From Eledone cirrhosa (Eukaryota): a stretch of 64,000 nt of DNA. Location: contig OZ024757.1 of assembly GCA_964016885.1 (NCBI GenBank), positions 34,720,001 to 34,784,000 on the forward strand, given 5' to 3'. The translations under genes were made by a program, and so were the position numbers. Below are positions 23,557-37,321 of this stretch, in pieces. The notes below the pieces were generated by a model. That model was not told the DNA's origin. It ran no database searches and saw nothing but the letters and a program-made list of their open reading frames with translations. The stretch's first letter is position 1. Each line of letters begins with the position of its first letter.

Positions 23557-24594
23557 TATATTTTCATTTAAGTTAACTCCACTGTTGATAACCATGAGTA
23601 TGAAAATATGACGTCATTCGTCAACCTTCCCCTACTTTCTCTTCTGACAGCTAATACCATGAACTATATTAGTTCATTTTTACATTTTATATTATTAGTT
23701 ATGTATATCTCAGCTTTTTTTTTTTTTTTGCATATATATCTAAAGTGTATAATAACATAATTACCGTTTTGGTTTAACGCTATATATAGTTTGTGAAAAT
23801 ATAGATATTTGTACAATAGCATATTTATATAAAGATTTAATATAATATAACAAATATTAATTTATTACCATAATGCCACACATATATATATAAGTGGCTG
23901 AAAACTCTGTGTTAATCATTACACTAACTACTTGACAATTAATTTTTAGATATTTCTAACAATAAGTACTTCATAAGCTTTACATACAGAAAATGTTGAC
24001 ATTCTTATAGGTAATTTTCGTTAAAGATTACATTTAGGAAAATATTCAACAGTGTAAATTTTCCTTTCGCTGGCCAAGCAAATCCTTTAAATTTTGTCCT
24101 CATAAAATTCAGAATTTTAGAAATGTTAACACATTTATAGAATTTATAAAATTAATAAATATAAATAACCATCAACTTTTAAAAAAACTTAAAATGTTGA
24201 TTCTTCACCCTTAAAATAACATAAATTAAATATTTGGAAACTTAACCGTTTAGCATTTAAGGAAAAAAAAAAAAAAAAGTTTTCTGCATATATTACTCCC
24301 CTTTATCTCTCTCTCTCCCTCTCTTTAAATCCTCTTTCAGTTGCCTTCATACACAGTTATAATTCAAGAGACGTTTTCCTAGATAACCACAACTTGTAGT
24401 ATCCCACATTTTAAAATCTCTATAGCTGTCACATTAAGCAACGTTTTTCTTACTCATACATCCTCTATTGAATTTATTACGTTTTCGCATTTTCTCATTA
24501 TTAGGGTATAAATGTTGAGTTTTCTCTTAGGTTAATCACTACCTTGATTAAATCTTAACCATTTAACAGCTCAGGGTATGTCATGTATCATTAT

Positions 24595-24647
24595 ATTTTG
24601 TCTGATGAGGACGTACTGTTGTACCTCTGAAATATATATAATAAAAT
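24595..24647 (+). ncRNA. Type I minimal hammerhead ribozyme motif
   Basis: ATTTTGT-CTGATGA-stem II (GGACGTAC tgtt GTACCTCT)-GAAA-TATATA-TA-ATAAAAT; stem I pairs. Confidence 0.65.
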
Positions 24648-24747
24648 TTAATTGATCAAAATATTTGTATTTTAATATTATATATATATGTATATATATA
24701 TATATATATATTGTTATACTTGGGGAGGGTCATATTGTTGTAATAAT

Positions 24748-24932
24748 TGTTTCTACTTTAGGCACAAGGCCAGCAATTACCCAGTGCATTACTGGTACTT
24801 TATTTTATCGACCCCCATAAGGATGAAAGGCAAAGTCAACCTCGGCGGGATTTGAACTCAGATCGTAAAGGGACGTAACTATGCTGGAAAGCATGGCGTC
24901 CGACCCTCTACCGATACTGCCAATCCACCGCC
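24748..24932 (-). mobile_element. tRNA-derived SINE
   Basis: Same family as 2093-2278; TTGTTGTAATAAT duplicated on both sides. Confidence 0.85.
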
Positions 24933-25141
24933 CATGTTGTTGTAATAATATTGCCAGAATTAGTAACAGAACACACTCTCTGTTTGGTTGGTTTTCGCTT
25001 CTGTATCTTCTATATCAGTTAATTTAATTTATTCGGTCCTCAATGTTTACCATTGACTGACCAACGGTCAAAAATACAGATATAATATAGACACGAACAC
25101 ATATATAGTCTAACAAAGTTCTTTCGTTGCACATCTGCAAT

Positions 25142-25468
25142 ATCGTAAGTGGTGCTATTATGTTTCCTCCTGTTGTATTGTATGTCTAAGCTATCTTTAT
25201 TTGATCTGTTTATTTATTTATTTATATTTCTCTTAGGTCAGTATTGTTTGTTTGGGTGTTGTTGTTATTCCATTCATTTTTTTCTGTTTAGCTTTGGCCT
25301 TCTAAGTTCTATTTCACTGGCCTCTCTGATTTGCCTATCTGCTATACACACACGCAGACGCATGCGCAGAGAAGACAAAAATAAATAATTAAATAAATAA
25401 GCAGATTAAATAAAGATGATGTAGACATACAATACAACAGTAGGAAACATAATAGCACCACTGACGAT
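25142..25468. repeat. Inverted repeat with ~85-bp arms (MITE-like or fold-back)
   Basis: atcgtaagtggtgctattatgtttcct... versus ...aggaaacataatagcaccactgacgat. Confidence 0.7.
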
Positions 25469-26205
25469 GCAGTTTATTCCGAAGTTTGTACAAAAGACTT
25501 ACAGTTGTTGATTGTACAACCAAACTTACGAGTGTTTCAATAAAAAATAAAGCTCTAAAAGATAATTTCGCTGCTATTTCTAGCAGGTAGAGAGACTACT
25601 TAGAGGTTTTCTTATAGACATATAACTGATATTTTACTGAGTGACACATTTCGATTTACCATCAATTAAATACGATTGGTACTGTGTTTAAATGTATTAA
25701 ATTATATCAGGGACTTTTAACGTATGACACCGGCAAGCGAGTTGAAAATTGTCAACGTCATCGCATACCTGCTCACTTCATTACAACTTTAATTAATCTA
25801 ATTATATCTTGTCTACCGACATCAGTCTTACACTGTCATATCTATTCTTACTTTACAATTGTGTCTACTAAGAGTTCCATTATAATCTGTAGTAGAAAAA
25901 CGACTATTTCACCAGAATATCTAATATCAGTTATTTATGGACAATATATATATATTAGACCACATATCAACCTAATATATAGATATTTCCTATCAAATCT
26001 CTGGCTAAAGACATAAATATTTTCAAGGTAATTCAAGAATGTTTATCATGATTACGTTTTTTTCACTAATTTATTGTTTTATTTTTTTAAATATTTCTGA
26101 TTAACTTTTCTATATTTTGTGTTATAAACCGTCTAAAAATTGTTATTCATACCAGGCCAGGAAATATAAATTAAATTTACAAATGAGATTATATACACAC
26201 GTCAA
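25468..26205 (+). promoter_or_regulatory. Conserved ZNF upstream module (ZNF3)
   Basis: Homologous to 7505-8240. Confidence 0.5.
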
Positions 26206-29200
26206 AAAATGTATATATATGGATAATGTATAGAAAAGAAAGAAAATTATGTATTTACGTACTTCATATATAGGAATGTATGTCTGTGTTTATATGTATG
26301 TACCTTTATGTACTCACACACACACACACACACACATATATACTAACACATCTAGGTATAGGAATATCTGTGGACGCATGTATCTAAATCTGTTTGTGTG
26401 AGTGTGTGTATATATATATATGTATCAGATTCATATCCGTTTGACGTCTATTTTTCCACGTTTGCATGGGTTAGACTGGTCGTCCACGCCTAGAGGCAAC
26501 TCTGGCCAAGGTTAGCCATGTGTCACACCTTGTTCTGGTGTGGACTATATTTGGCTGGGTATTTTACAGCTGGATGCCCTTCCTAAATACCAACCATGTT
26601 TACAGCGTGGAACTGGATGGCTCCGTTATGAGGAGGGACAGGCCAGTTGGAACCATGTTCTCGGAGCCCGGTACTGGATGGCACCAATATGAGTTCTCGC
26701 CAGTGTTCATTTATCTAAATATAAAAACGATGTATATATATATCCAGGGAGTATAACATGAAGTTACTGTCGGTTAACCCAGGTGAGCACTCGATGTTTA
26801 GCTTCACGTCTGTAGCAAGGTGTAGAGCTACACAGTGTAAATATAATAATTGTTTCTACTTTTGGCACAAGGCCAGCAATTTTTCCAGTGCATTACTGGT
26901 ACTTTATTTTATCGACCCCGTAAGGATGAAAGGCAAAGTTAACATCGGCGGGATTTGAACTCAGAACGTAAAGAGTGTAAATATAATAATACAAGGATGA
27001 TTTGTTAAGCCTTCATTACGTTTATTGATGAGTGACGCACGTTTCGCTATTGATCAGCTCAAGGTCCGACCTGGCCTGTTTCTGGAATCAAAAGCTAATT
27101 GGAATTCTGCTGTTGTAATGTTTCACCCAGGCAGTTTTTCTCCCTTGTGATTTGAACGCATATATGTATATATCTGTGTTCGGCTCTCTTTATGGTATAT
27201 ATATGTATATGTATGCATTGTCTATTTAATTGTGTTGTTCATCACCCTACGTTATCAAATATATTTTATATTTAGCTGTACCTTGTTATTGTTTCAGGGA
27301 AGTTTTGTTCATTTTAATCAAAATCTGTTTTGATTTAATTTCCTTCATCTACATCATCATCATCGTTTTTCAATCCTGGGATGGGTCCTTTTAATCACAG
27401 CATATCTCCATTTGCTGTTTTACTTTATCATCTACTCTGTGAGTCTCAGCAATTTAAGATCAGCTCTCACCACCTCTGCCCTGGTATTCCCTGGCACTTC
27501 TTCACCCAGTGATCATCATCATGCATATCACATGTCCATACCAAAGTAGACTTCTCTCTTGCACACCTCTTCGGATTCTTCTTATATCCAGTTTCTTCAT
27601 CAGTTCATCCAAGTTCTGCATTCCTTTCACATGTATGTTGCACATCCAATGAAGCATGTTTACTCCATTTCTCTCCAGCCTACGCATGTCTTCTGAAGTT
27701 ACTGCCCATGTTTCACTACCATGCAGCATTTCACTTGTCACACAGGCACCATACAGTTGTATTATTGTAGAGAGAGAAATGTGTTGTGGTCAACAGTGGG
27801 ATACCCTCTCTAAACTTCTTCAATCCTATCCTTTCTTTCAAAGAACCTTCCTCTGCTGTTTACTAAGTCACCTAGATAGCAGAAGCTATGACCTGGAGAA
27901 CTATGTTGAACAGCAGTGGGTTGAGAATTAGACCATGATGAACTCTTACCTGTACATTGAATTCCTCACTAAACTCCCTTCTTACTCTCACTTTACTGAC
28001 AGCTCCTGTACATGGTTGGCGCTGCTCTCAAGCCATTCTTCTACACATAATTTTCTGAAGGACCACTAGATAACAGACAGCAATATATTTTTCAAACAGG
28101 CTTTTCTACCTAAGACCTGAAAACGTCCATTGTTAACACATGAAGGACGATGCTTTATGGTTCTTTTTTGTTTTCCTCACCATATTGCAATTTAAATTTC
28201 AGTGGTCTAATTTGTGCCAGTCATCAATCTGGTACTTTGTCAACCTGCAAAGACTAGGATTTTTTTTAGAGGTGGCTGTTATTTACCTATTTGTAACTAC
28301 ATCACTGGGTTGTGAGAGATTTCTTGGGAGCTACAGGTGTCACCCATTGCTCCATCTCTCCTAGTAGTTTACTGCTGTTGTGGTCCAGGGTTGCTTATTT
28401 ATTCAGCAGTTACCTGCTTATATCACAACTACCCATCATATCTAGTGGCCGTATCACTATCTGCCACCTGCGACACATTTTCTATCACAACTCTGGCGAG
28501 AATGTGGCAAGGTTGCTGGAGAAGATGAAATCTGGCTCGAGATGTTAAAAGCCTAAAATAGAGAAGATATTCTCTTGCTGATTCACGTGTGCTGGAAAGG
28601 TATCTAAGCAGTGGCAATTGGGAGTGATAATCCTAATTACAGAAAGAGGAGACAAGAGAGATTGTTACAATTACAGAGGGATCTCCTTGCTAAGCCTCCC
28701 CGGTAAAGTCTAAGTTTGTGGCAAAGAGATGTAGGGAGATTGTCGAGTCCAAGACAGCTGATGGACAGTGCAGTTTTGTCCCTGGACACAGCACAACCAA
28801 CCAAATATTCACACTGGCAGGTCTTCAAGAAATCTTGGGAGTATTTCCAAGAGGTATATTCTTGTTTTATAGACCCTGAAAAGTTATATGATCACATTCT
28901 TCAGGACATGCTGTGGTAGGTTGTGCAGGAGTAGGGGTTCGATGGTCAACTTCTTGCTGTTCTGATGTCTCTTTACAAATGTCTGAGTATTTGTGTTAGG
29001 ATAAATGGTACTAAATCAAGACCATTAGATGTGGGAGTCTGCAAAGGGTGCATACTGTCACCTCTCATGTTCATTATTTCTGGGACTTTGTAGCAATTTA
29101 TGATTGTATTGCTGCACCAGTCATTGGTTATGATTCTGTCTTGTATTAGCTGATTGACTATACAGGTTTGAGTCCCATGTCTCCTAATGCTTTTAGCATC

Positions 29201-30911
29201 TCGGTAACTATCTTTGATGCTTCCATGGGTTTACCATTCTTCATTTCCTGGAATGCTTCTTTGACCCTAAAACTGTCAACTTCAAGTTTCTCTTCCTCTC
29301 AATTCTTCTTTACATACGTAGTGTCAGAGATCTCAGTCCTGTGTCATCACCTTTGAGATGTCCAATTGTGAAAGGTCAGCTTTTATCACCTCTTCATAAA
29401 CTTCTTAGGTCTTTCTGTTCCATAGCTTCCTTCAATATTGAGCACACTTCTTGTGCAACTATCATCTTTCATGTGCATCACATGTCTATACCAATGTAAT
29501 CTCCTATCCTGCACACTGCATCTTATCCCTCTTGTGCCTAATTCCTCTCTCAGTCCATTCATGCTTTGCCGTTCATGTTACACATCCATTGAGGCATGCA
29601 AGCTTCAGTTCTTTCCAATATTTGCAGGTCCTCTCCATAGAGCACTCACGCCTCACTCCCTGAACTTTTTTATCCTGTTCTCACTCTGTCTACTGTAATT
29701 TAAGAATACCCACCTCCACTGCTTATTTGATCACTCTGGTAACAGAAGCTGTCTACTTCTTCTACGGAAACTTCCAAGAATTTGATGGAGCTTGTTTGCT
29801 GCCTACTGCTCTTGTGCCAACACAAAGCAAGGCCATTTCTCTGAGGGGTTCAGGGTCCTGTTTTCCCTTCTACTTACTAGGTTGTTAGTCTTTGTCAGGT
29901 TGACTTTAAGACCCTTTGATCCTAGGCCATGTTTTCAGATTTTGAATTTCTTTTCTAATTCTGCCATACATTCAGCTATAAGTGTTAGATCAGGAGTCCC
30001 CATGAGCAGCCAGTCTTAAACACTGTAACACTGTCTTAGGGGTGACTTACTTTGTTTCTTGGGCATATTTTAAAACCTGATGGAGCCCACCTTCTCTCTC
30101 CAGGTCTGAACACAATTGATACCTGGATAAAACTTGAAGGGAAATCAGATATTGTATTGATCTATATAGACTCCTAATTCCTGGTCTAAACACAGCCGAT
30201 TCTCCCAGAGAAGGAGAGAGAGAGAGTGATAGAGAAGAAGTGAGAAAGGGATATAGAGAAACATTTGACTCCTGCTAATAAAAAGGTGGAGGTTAAACTG
30301 GTGTTGACATGTTATCAGGAGAGCAAGGAATAGTTATGTTAGAAAGTCCTAGAAGAGTGAATTTCCTGGGAAAATGCCACAGAGGAGACCTCCCAAGAGA
30401 TAGAAGGATAACATGCTGGATTACCACTGCTCACATTGGAGAGAATTGCTCTGGACAGGAAAGTTGATATCTACAGTTTACCAATATAGAAATATAAAAT
30501 TTCCACTGTTAAATCTATCTTTAAGTATTCTCTATTATCTCATACTGTTTCTTTCTTATTTCAGAATACCAGATGACATTTGGATAAATTAATTTTTTTA
30601 TCTTGGATACATCACCAATATTTATTAACATTTTAAGACTAAATCTATTTATACAGAAGTGATATAACACTGTTTATATAGCTGTATTGTTCAATTACTG
30701 TGAATTATTTCCTCAGAACTAAGTTTATATTCTTCTCTATGAGATATATTTTGTATTTTAACTAAACTTGGATAACAAAGAAGTTTACGTTATCTGAAGA
30801 TATTAACTGAAATCACAGTTGAGGGAAATATCAAAGAAATATTTTTTAGGAATATAATATAAAAAATATTACAAGAAAAACAGCTGTATATTTTGTTGAG
30901 AAGAAAGGAAC

Positions 30912-32516
30912 ATGATGGAAAATAAATTCAGCAAGAAGATAAAATGTGAAACACTGTCTAAAAGGATTAGTATACCTGATGAGATGACAAACGATACAGA
31001 AGAGAAGCCATATCACTGTGATATCTGTGGTAAATCATTCTCTGATAGTGATAACTTAACTAGACACAAACATGTACATACAGGAGAGAAGCCATATGAC
31101 TGTGATATCTGTGGTAAATCATTCTCTGATAGTTGTAGCTTAACTAGACACAAACATGTACATACAGGACACAAGCCATATCACTGTGATATCTGTGATA
31201 AATCATTCTCTCAAAGTAGTGACTTAACTAGACACAAACGTATACATACAGGTGAGAAGCCATATCACTGTGATATCTGTGGTGAATCTTTTTCTGTATC
31301 ACGTTCATTAACTTCTCACAAACGGATACATACAGGTGAGAAGCCATATCAATGTGTTATCTGTGGTAAATCATTCTCTCAAAGTAATGACTTAACTAGA
31401 CACAAACGTATACACACAGGAGACAAGCCATATCACTGTGATATCTGTGGTAAATCATTCTCTGATAGTGGTCACTTAACTAGACACAAAAATGTACATA
31501 CAGGACACAAGCCATATCACTGTGATATCTGTGGTAAATCATTCTCTCAAAGTAGTGACTTAAATAGACACAAACGTATACATACAGGAGACAAGCCATA
31601 TCACTGTGATATCTGTGGTGAATCTTTTTCTATATCAGGTTCATTAATTTCTCACAAACGTATACATACAGGTGAGAAGCCATATCACTGTGTTATCTGT
31701 GGTAAATCATTTTCTGACAGGAGCACCTTAACTCGTCACAAACGTATACATACAGGAGAGAAGCCATATCACTGTGAAATCTGTGGTAAATCATTCTCTA
31801 TAAACAGTGCCTTAACTTCTCACAAACGTATACATACAGGAGAGAAGCCATATCACTGTGAAATCTGTGGTAAATCATTCTCTATAAACAGTACCTTAAC
31901 TTCTCACAAACGTATACATACAGGAGAGAAGCCATATCACTGTGATATCTGTGGTAATTCATTCTCTCAAAAAAGACACTTAACATCTCACAAATCTCTA
32001 CATACAGGAGAGAAACTATATCAGTGTGATATCTGTGGTAAATCATTCTCTCAAAGTAGTGACTTAAATAGACACAAACGTATACATACAGGAGACAAGC
32101 CATATCACTGTGATATCTGTGGTGAATCTTTTTCTATATCAGGTTCATTAATTTCTCACAAACGTATACATACAGGTGAGAAGCCATATCACTGTGTTAT
32201 CTGTGGTAAATCATTTTCTGACAGGAGCACCTTAACTCGTCACAAATTTATACATACAGGAGAGAAGCCATATCACTGTGAAATCTGTGGTAAATCATTC
32301 TCTATAAACAGTGCCTTAACTTCTCACAAACGTATACATACAGGAGAGAAGCCATATCACTGTGATATCTGTGGTAATTCATTCTCTCAAAAAAGACTCT
32401 TAACATCTCACAAATCTCTACATACAGGAGAGAAACTATATCAGTGTGATATCTGTGGTAAATCATTCTCTCAAAGTAGTCACTTTAACTCCCACAAATA
32501 TACACATAACAGGTGA
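30912..32516 (+). CDS. Tandem C2H2 zinc-finger protein, 18 fingers (ZNF3 here)
   Basis: 534-aa ORF with an internal duplication of a 5-6 finger block. Confidence 0.92.
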   Translation: MMENKFSKKIKCETLSKRISIPDEMTNDTEEKPYHCDICGKSFSDSDNLTRHKHVHTGEKPYDCDICGKSFSDSCSLTRHKHVHTGHKPYHCDICDKSFSQSSDLTRHKRIHTGEKPYHCDICGESFSVSRSLTSHKRIHTGEKPYQCVICGKSFSQSNDLTRHKRIHTGDKPYHCDICGKSFSDSGHLTRHKNVHTGHKPYHCDICGKSFSQSSDLNRHKRIHTGDKPYHCDICGESFSISGSLISHKRIHTGEKPYHCVICGKSFSDRSTLTRHKRIHTGEKPYHCEICGKSFSINSALTSHKRIHTGEKPYHCEICGKSFSINSTLTSHKRIHTGEKPYHCDICGNSFSQKRHLTSHKSLHTGEKLYQCDICGKSFSQSSDLNRHKRIHTGDKPYHCDICGESFSISGSLISHKRIHTGEKPYHCVICGKSFSDRSTLTRHKFIHTGEKPYHCEICGKSFSINSALTSHKRIHTGEKPYHCDICGNSFSQKRLLTSHKSLHTGEKLYQCDICGKSFSQSSHFNSHKYTHNR

Positions 32517-33799
32517 CATGTCATTTCACTGTGATATCTGGTAAATAATTCTCTGATTGTATTTACTTAACTTCTCACAAACATATACATACAAGAGAGA
32601 AGCAATATCATTGAGATCTAATTAATGAAACACAAATACATATCAGTGTGATATCTGTGGGAAATCAACCTCTTTGAATGCTACATTTATTATACACAAA
32701 CATATATACAGTTGGGAAGCCATATCACTTTGATATGGTAAATGACTCTAAATGTTGTGGCTTTACTAGATACTAACATATCCAGGAGATAAACCATATC
32801 ACTGTGATGTCTGTGGTAAATAATTCTCTTGTAAAGGTTATTTAATGCAACACAATCACAATCAGACAAGATAAAAACCATATCACTCAGGCAAAATAGT
32901 GCATCCAATGTTTTAGATGTTTTGAATAAAACTGTTTTACTAAGAAATTATTCTCCTTTCGTTTTATTTGTAGAAGTTGTAACCAAGACTTTTGCTTACA
33001 AAGCTGTATGATTCAGATTTACAAACATTCTCTCTCTCTCCCTCTCTCACTCTCTCTCTCTCACTCTCTCTCACTCACTCACTCTCTCTCTCTCTGTAGA
33101 AATTTGTATATCAGTATGTTCATATTTGTATATGTATCTCATCTTCATCAACGTCATCACTGTTTTTACATCTATTTATCCATGCTTACTTGGGTTGGAC
33201 AGGTCCTTCTCTACATGGCATCTTTCCACACGTGTTCCTTCATCATCTCCTCCATGTGAGTCAGTGATTTGAAGTCAGGTCACACAGCCTCTGTCTAGGT
33301 CTCTCTTGGTCTATCTCTATTACGGCTGCCTTCCAATGGGATTTCCTAACATTTCTTCACCCAGCAATCATTACCCATGTGCATCACATGTCCATACAAA
33401 CAGTCTTCTCTCTTGTACACCACTTAAGATCCCTCTGAAGCCCAGCTTCTCCTGCCATGCAGCATCACATTTTGCCCACAGGTGTCATACAGTCGTCCTT
33501 TTGTACAGAGAGAGAAACCTTTTGTGGTTAACTTTTTTCATCTTATCCTTGTATGTGTATATATCTATGTAGATTTGCAGTATTTGTTCCAGCTCTCAAC
33601 TCTCAGGGTTTAAATGCCACTGAGGTCAACTTTACTGCTATTATTTGAGGTTTTTAAATAATATACCAGTTAAATACTGGTATTGACTCAACAACACCAA
33701 AAGTTATCTCCCATATTTGGTTAAGAGATGCCTACTGACTCTAGGTTTTGATATGTACATAGGCAAGGCGGGTCTTCTGTATTACTGTGTAGCGCCAAA

Positions 33800-35240
33800 G
33801 TTTTCAGTCCAGTGGCATTATCTTAGAGAGGTGTAAGTATGTAAGGTCGGAATTTATCAAATCGTCCCAGGTTTTTCTGGGTCTACCTACTCTGTAACTT
33901 CCTTCACTTTTGATTGCCCTGCACTTTTTTATGCAGCTGTCGCCTTTCATGCGCATCCCATGACCATACCAACGTAGTCTTCTCTCGAGTAAACAGCATC
34001 TGATTCCTCTTATTCCTAATTTCTCACTTAGTTCATTTATGCTTTGCCGTTCGCGTATATTACTATTACACATCCAACAGTGCATGCATGCTTCGTTCCT
34101 CTCCAGTCTGTGCAGGTCCTCTGCACATAATGCCCATGTCTCACTGCCATGTAACATTGCTGTTTTTAGAGAGAAACCTTTTGTGGCCAACAGCGGTATT
34201 AGCTCTAAACTTTTTCCATCCCGTTCTGACTCTGGCTACTGTACTTTCAGAGCACCCTCCACCACTACTGATTCTGTCACTCAGGTAACGGAGGGTGTCT
34301 ATTATTTCTATAGAACCATCTGGGCAATAGAAGGAGCTAGTATCCTGTGGGCACTTGCTACTTATTGCAGCTGAGCATCGGCCACATATAAAATTTACGC
34401 TATTAGATAGCTTACCTGTGATCCCACTACATCTTTTATGTACCCATAGTTTGCATTTGGGACATAAAATGGAATTTCTGCCTACTCCTTTCCTACACAC
34501 TGAGCATGGCCATTTCCCAGAGGGGACCTGTGCCCTATTTTCCTTTCTAGAACTTTAGTCTTAGACAAGTTAACTTTAAGGCCTTTTGATTCTAGGCCAT
34601 GCTTCCATGTTTGGAATTTCTTCTCTAATTCAGCCATCGATTCAGCTATGAGAGTTAGATCATCAGCATATAGAAGTTCCCATGGGCAGCTGGTCTTGAA
34701 CTCCTCTGTTATAACCTGGAGGGAAATAATAAATAGGAGGGGCCTAAGGACAGAGCCTTGATGAATACCAACTTTTATGCTAAATTCTTCACTATATTTG
34801 TTGTTAATTTTAACCTTGCTAACTGTTTCTTTATACATGGCTTGTATAGCTCTCACAAGCCATTCATCAACACCTAGTTTTCTAAGAGCCCACCAGTTAA
34901 TGGAGCGGGGGACCCTATCAAAGGCTTTCTCCAAGTCAACAAAAGCTAAGTAGAGGGGTTTACTTTCAGCTAGGTACTTCTCCTGTAGTTGTTGTACAAG
35001 GAAAAGAGTGTCTGTGGTACTTTTACCTGACACAAACCCAAACTGAATTTCATCTAGATCAATACGCTCTCTGATTAATTGTGCTATAACTCTTTCTGTG
35101 ACCTTCATGACCTGGTCAACTAATTTAATGCCTCTGTAGTTTCCCCTATCTAGAACATCTCCTTTACCATTGTAGCAGTTCATGATGATGCTGCTACGCT
35201 AGTCATTTGGTATGATCACATTCTGTATTACTTGGTTTAC
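33800..35240 (-). mobile_element. RTE-clade LINE, frameshifted RT and C-terminal region
   Basis: FVDLEKAFDRVP, GIHQGSVL.PLLF, LLYADDL, HGSETW, RLRWYGH, GRPRKTW. Confidence 0.9.
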
Positions 35241-35339
35241 TATTATATTACATTCAAAGTAAAGTATGTCATGAATGATACAAAATCAAACATGTCTTGT
35301 CTCTAAAAACAGCTCAAGATGATAAAATTGAGCCCTAAT

Positions 35340-37321
35340 GTATATATATATAAATATATATATATATATTATATAAATGTGAAATGGGCGAAAATTGTCT
35401 GATACAGGCAAACCAATGATTGTCATGAAAATTTACAGATTATTGTAAAAGGTGCCAAGGAAGCGACAGGTCTACTTAGGGTTTTCTAAATTGAAAAATG
35501 CGATCTCTAGGGCCAAAAAACGGTCTTTTTCTATCGATTTTACCTCTCTATAGTTTCTTAGCTTTACTCTCTCCGTCGCTCTTCCCTCTCTCTATAATAG
35601 ATCATTCCCCTCTCTATAATTTAACTGGTTTACTCTCTCTGTCGCTCTTCACTCCCTATATGACAACACTGCAGAGAGAGATAGGCCGTTAATACATCAA
35701 CAAAGGCGGCGACATGGTGGTGGTTGGCCTCAGTGATGGCGTGGAATCAAAAGACAAAATTACGAAGTTCATGATGGGAAGATACATTTCGTCCAATATG
35801 GCGGCTTGGCGCATTTTGGGGCGTGAAATTCACCGGTGCTCTCCAGCAGTTGTTAACTTGGATGTTTCCTTAGAGAATGGTCAACGCGTTTATTTCACTG
35901 AGGAAACCACATTGGCTGCTGCCGAACAGCCACCTGAGACGACGCTTACAGCATCTTTTAAGCTATGTTCTGTCGATACGTTTGCAGTTACCGTTTTTTA
36001 CGTCGATGTACCTACCTACTTCACTTGGTCGAACAAAAATTGGCATTGGCGGCGACAAGGGGAAAGAATTGAGGATTGGATAGGTGTCTTCAGAAGTAAT
36101 GCCATCAGACATGTGTACAATGTTCATCCGAAGCAACAAGAATGATTTATCCTGCGAATGTTGCTGCATCAAATCAAAATGCCCAAGTCATTCGCCGACC
36201 TAAGACTTTTCGATGGCCACATATGTTCCAGTTACAGGGACGCGGGCTACTCAAGGATGATGAACGTAGTGTTGACAGGCTGCTGAATGTAAGATGCCTC
36301 GAGAAATGAAAGTCTGTTTTGCATAATGCTATTGTTCTGCGGCATAGGTGAGCCCCTTAAGCTTTGGGAAACGCATAAGGACAACATGTCAGAGGAGATC
36401 CTCCGTAGACTACGAGCAGAAGATCGAGCGGCTGGCTTTGCTTTTAATGACGCAGTGTACAATGGGGCCCTCATCGACATGGACAACCATCTTAAAGCTC
36501 TTGGAGTTGGCGGTGCATCTGATTTCGGTTTGCCACAACCTCGAAACACTCGCAGTGCTTTAGATGTGGGGTTCATGCGTGAGTTCAATTACAACATCGA
36601 CGATATGACACATCACGTAGCTCAGGACGAACCCAGACTTTTGCATGACCAGAGACGGGCATATGACAGAATTCTCTCCAGTGTCAATTCAAATGAGGGA
36701 CGGCTATTTTTCCTGGATGCTCCTGGCGGAACAGGAAAAACTTTTCTCATCAACCTTTTGCTTGCAAAGTTACGAAAAGACAGGTGGATTGCTTTAGGGG
36801 TCGCCTCCAGTGGTATTGCGGCGACACTGTTACATGGCGGTCGTACGGCACACTCCGCATTCAAATTGCATTTGGACATTGCAAAGAAGGAGAATCCTAC
36901 ATGTAGAATAGATCGTGGCCCCCCTAATGCACATCTTCTTTCTGAGTGCTGCCTGATCATATGGGATGAGGCTACCATGAGTCACAAGGCGGCCTTTGAG
37001 GCTCTGGATCGAACTCTCAAGGACTTGCGTCGGAACTCACGCGTCATGGGTGGAGTGACAGTACTGCTGGCTGGCGATTTCCGACAGACTCTTCCTGTTA
37101 TCACTGTAGGCACTAGAGCTGACGAAGTGAACGCATGCATCAAGTCGTCTTACGTATGGCAGTATGTCCACAAACTACATCTGACTACCAACATGGGAGT
37201 GCATGTGCATGGTGACGCAGACTCCATCGATTTCTCAAAACATCTACTGGAAGCTGGTAGTAGAACTACACCTGGAGTGGATGAAGAGCATATCCGTTTG
37301 CATTCTGGGAACTTTGTGTAA
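35340..37321 (+). mobile_element. Helitron Rep/Hel fragment (PIF1-like helicase), degenerate
   Basis: YINKGGD, GRYISSNMAAWRIL, FLDAPGGTGKTFL (Walker A), IIWDEATM, GDFRQTLPV; stops and frameshifts; TA-rich Helitron-like 5' end. Confidence 0.9.

Noticed and set aside
25684-26016. Small protein encoded by the conserved module (MSTKSSIII... ORFs)
   Set aside because: Non-ATG starts, and indels and stops differ between copies, so the frame is not conserved
36326-37321. Host PIF1 helicase gene
   Set aside because: Lies within Helitron Rep/Hel motifs, with stops and frameshifts upstream and truncation downstream
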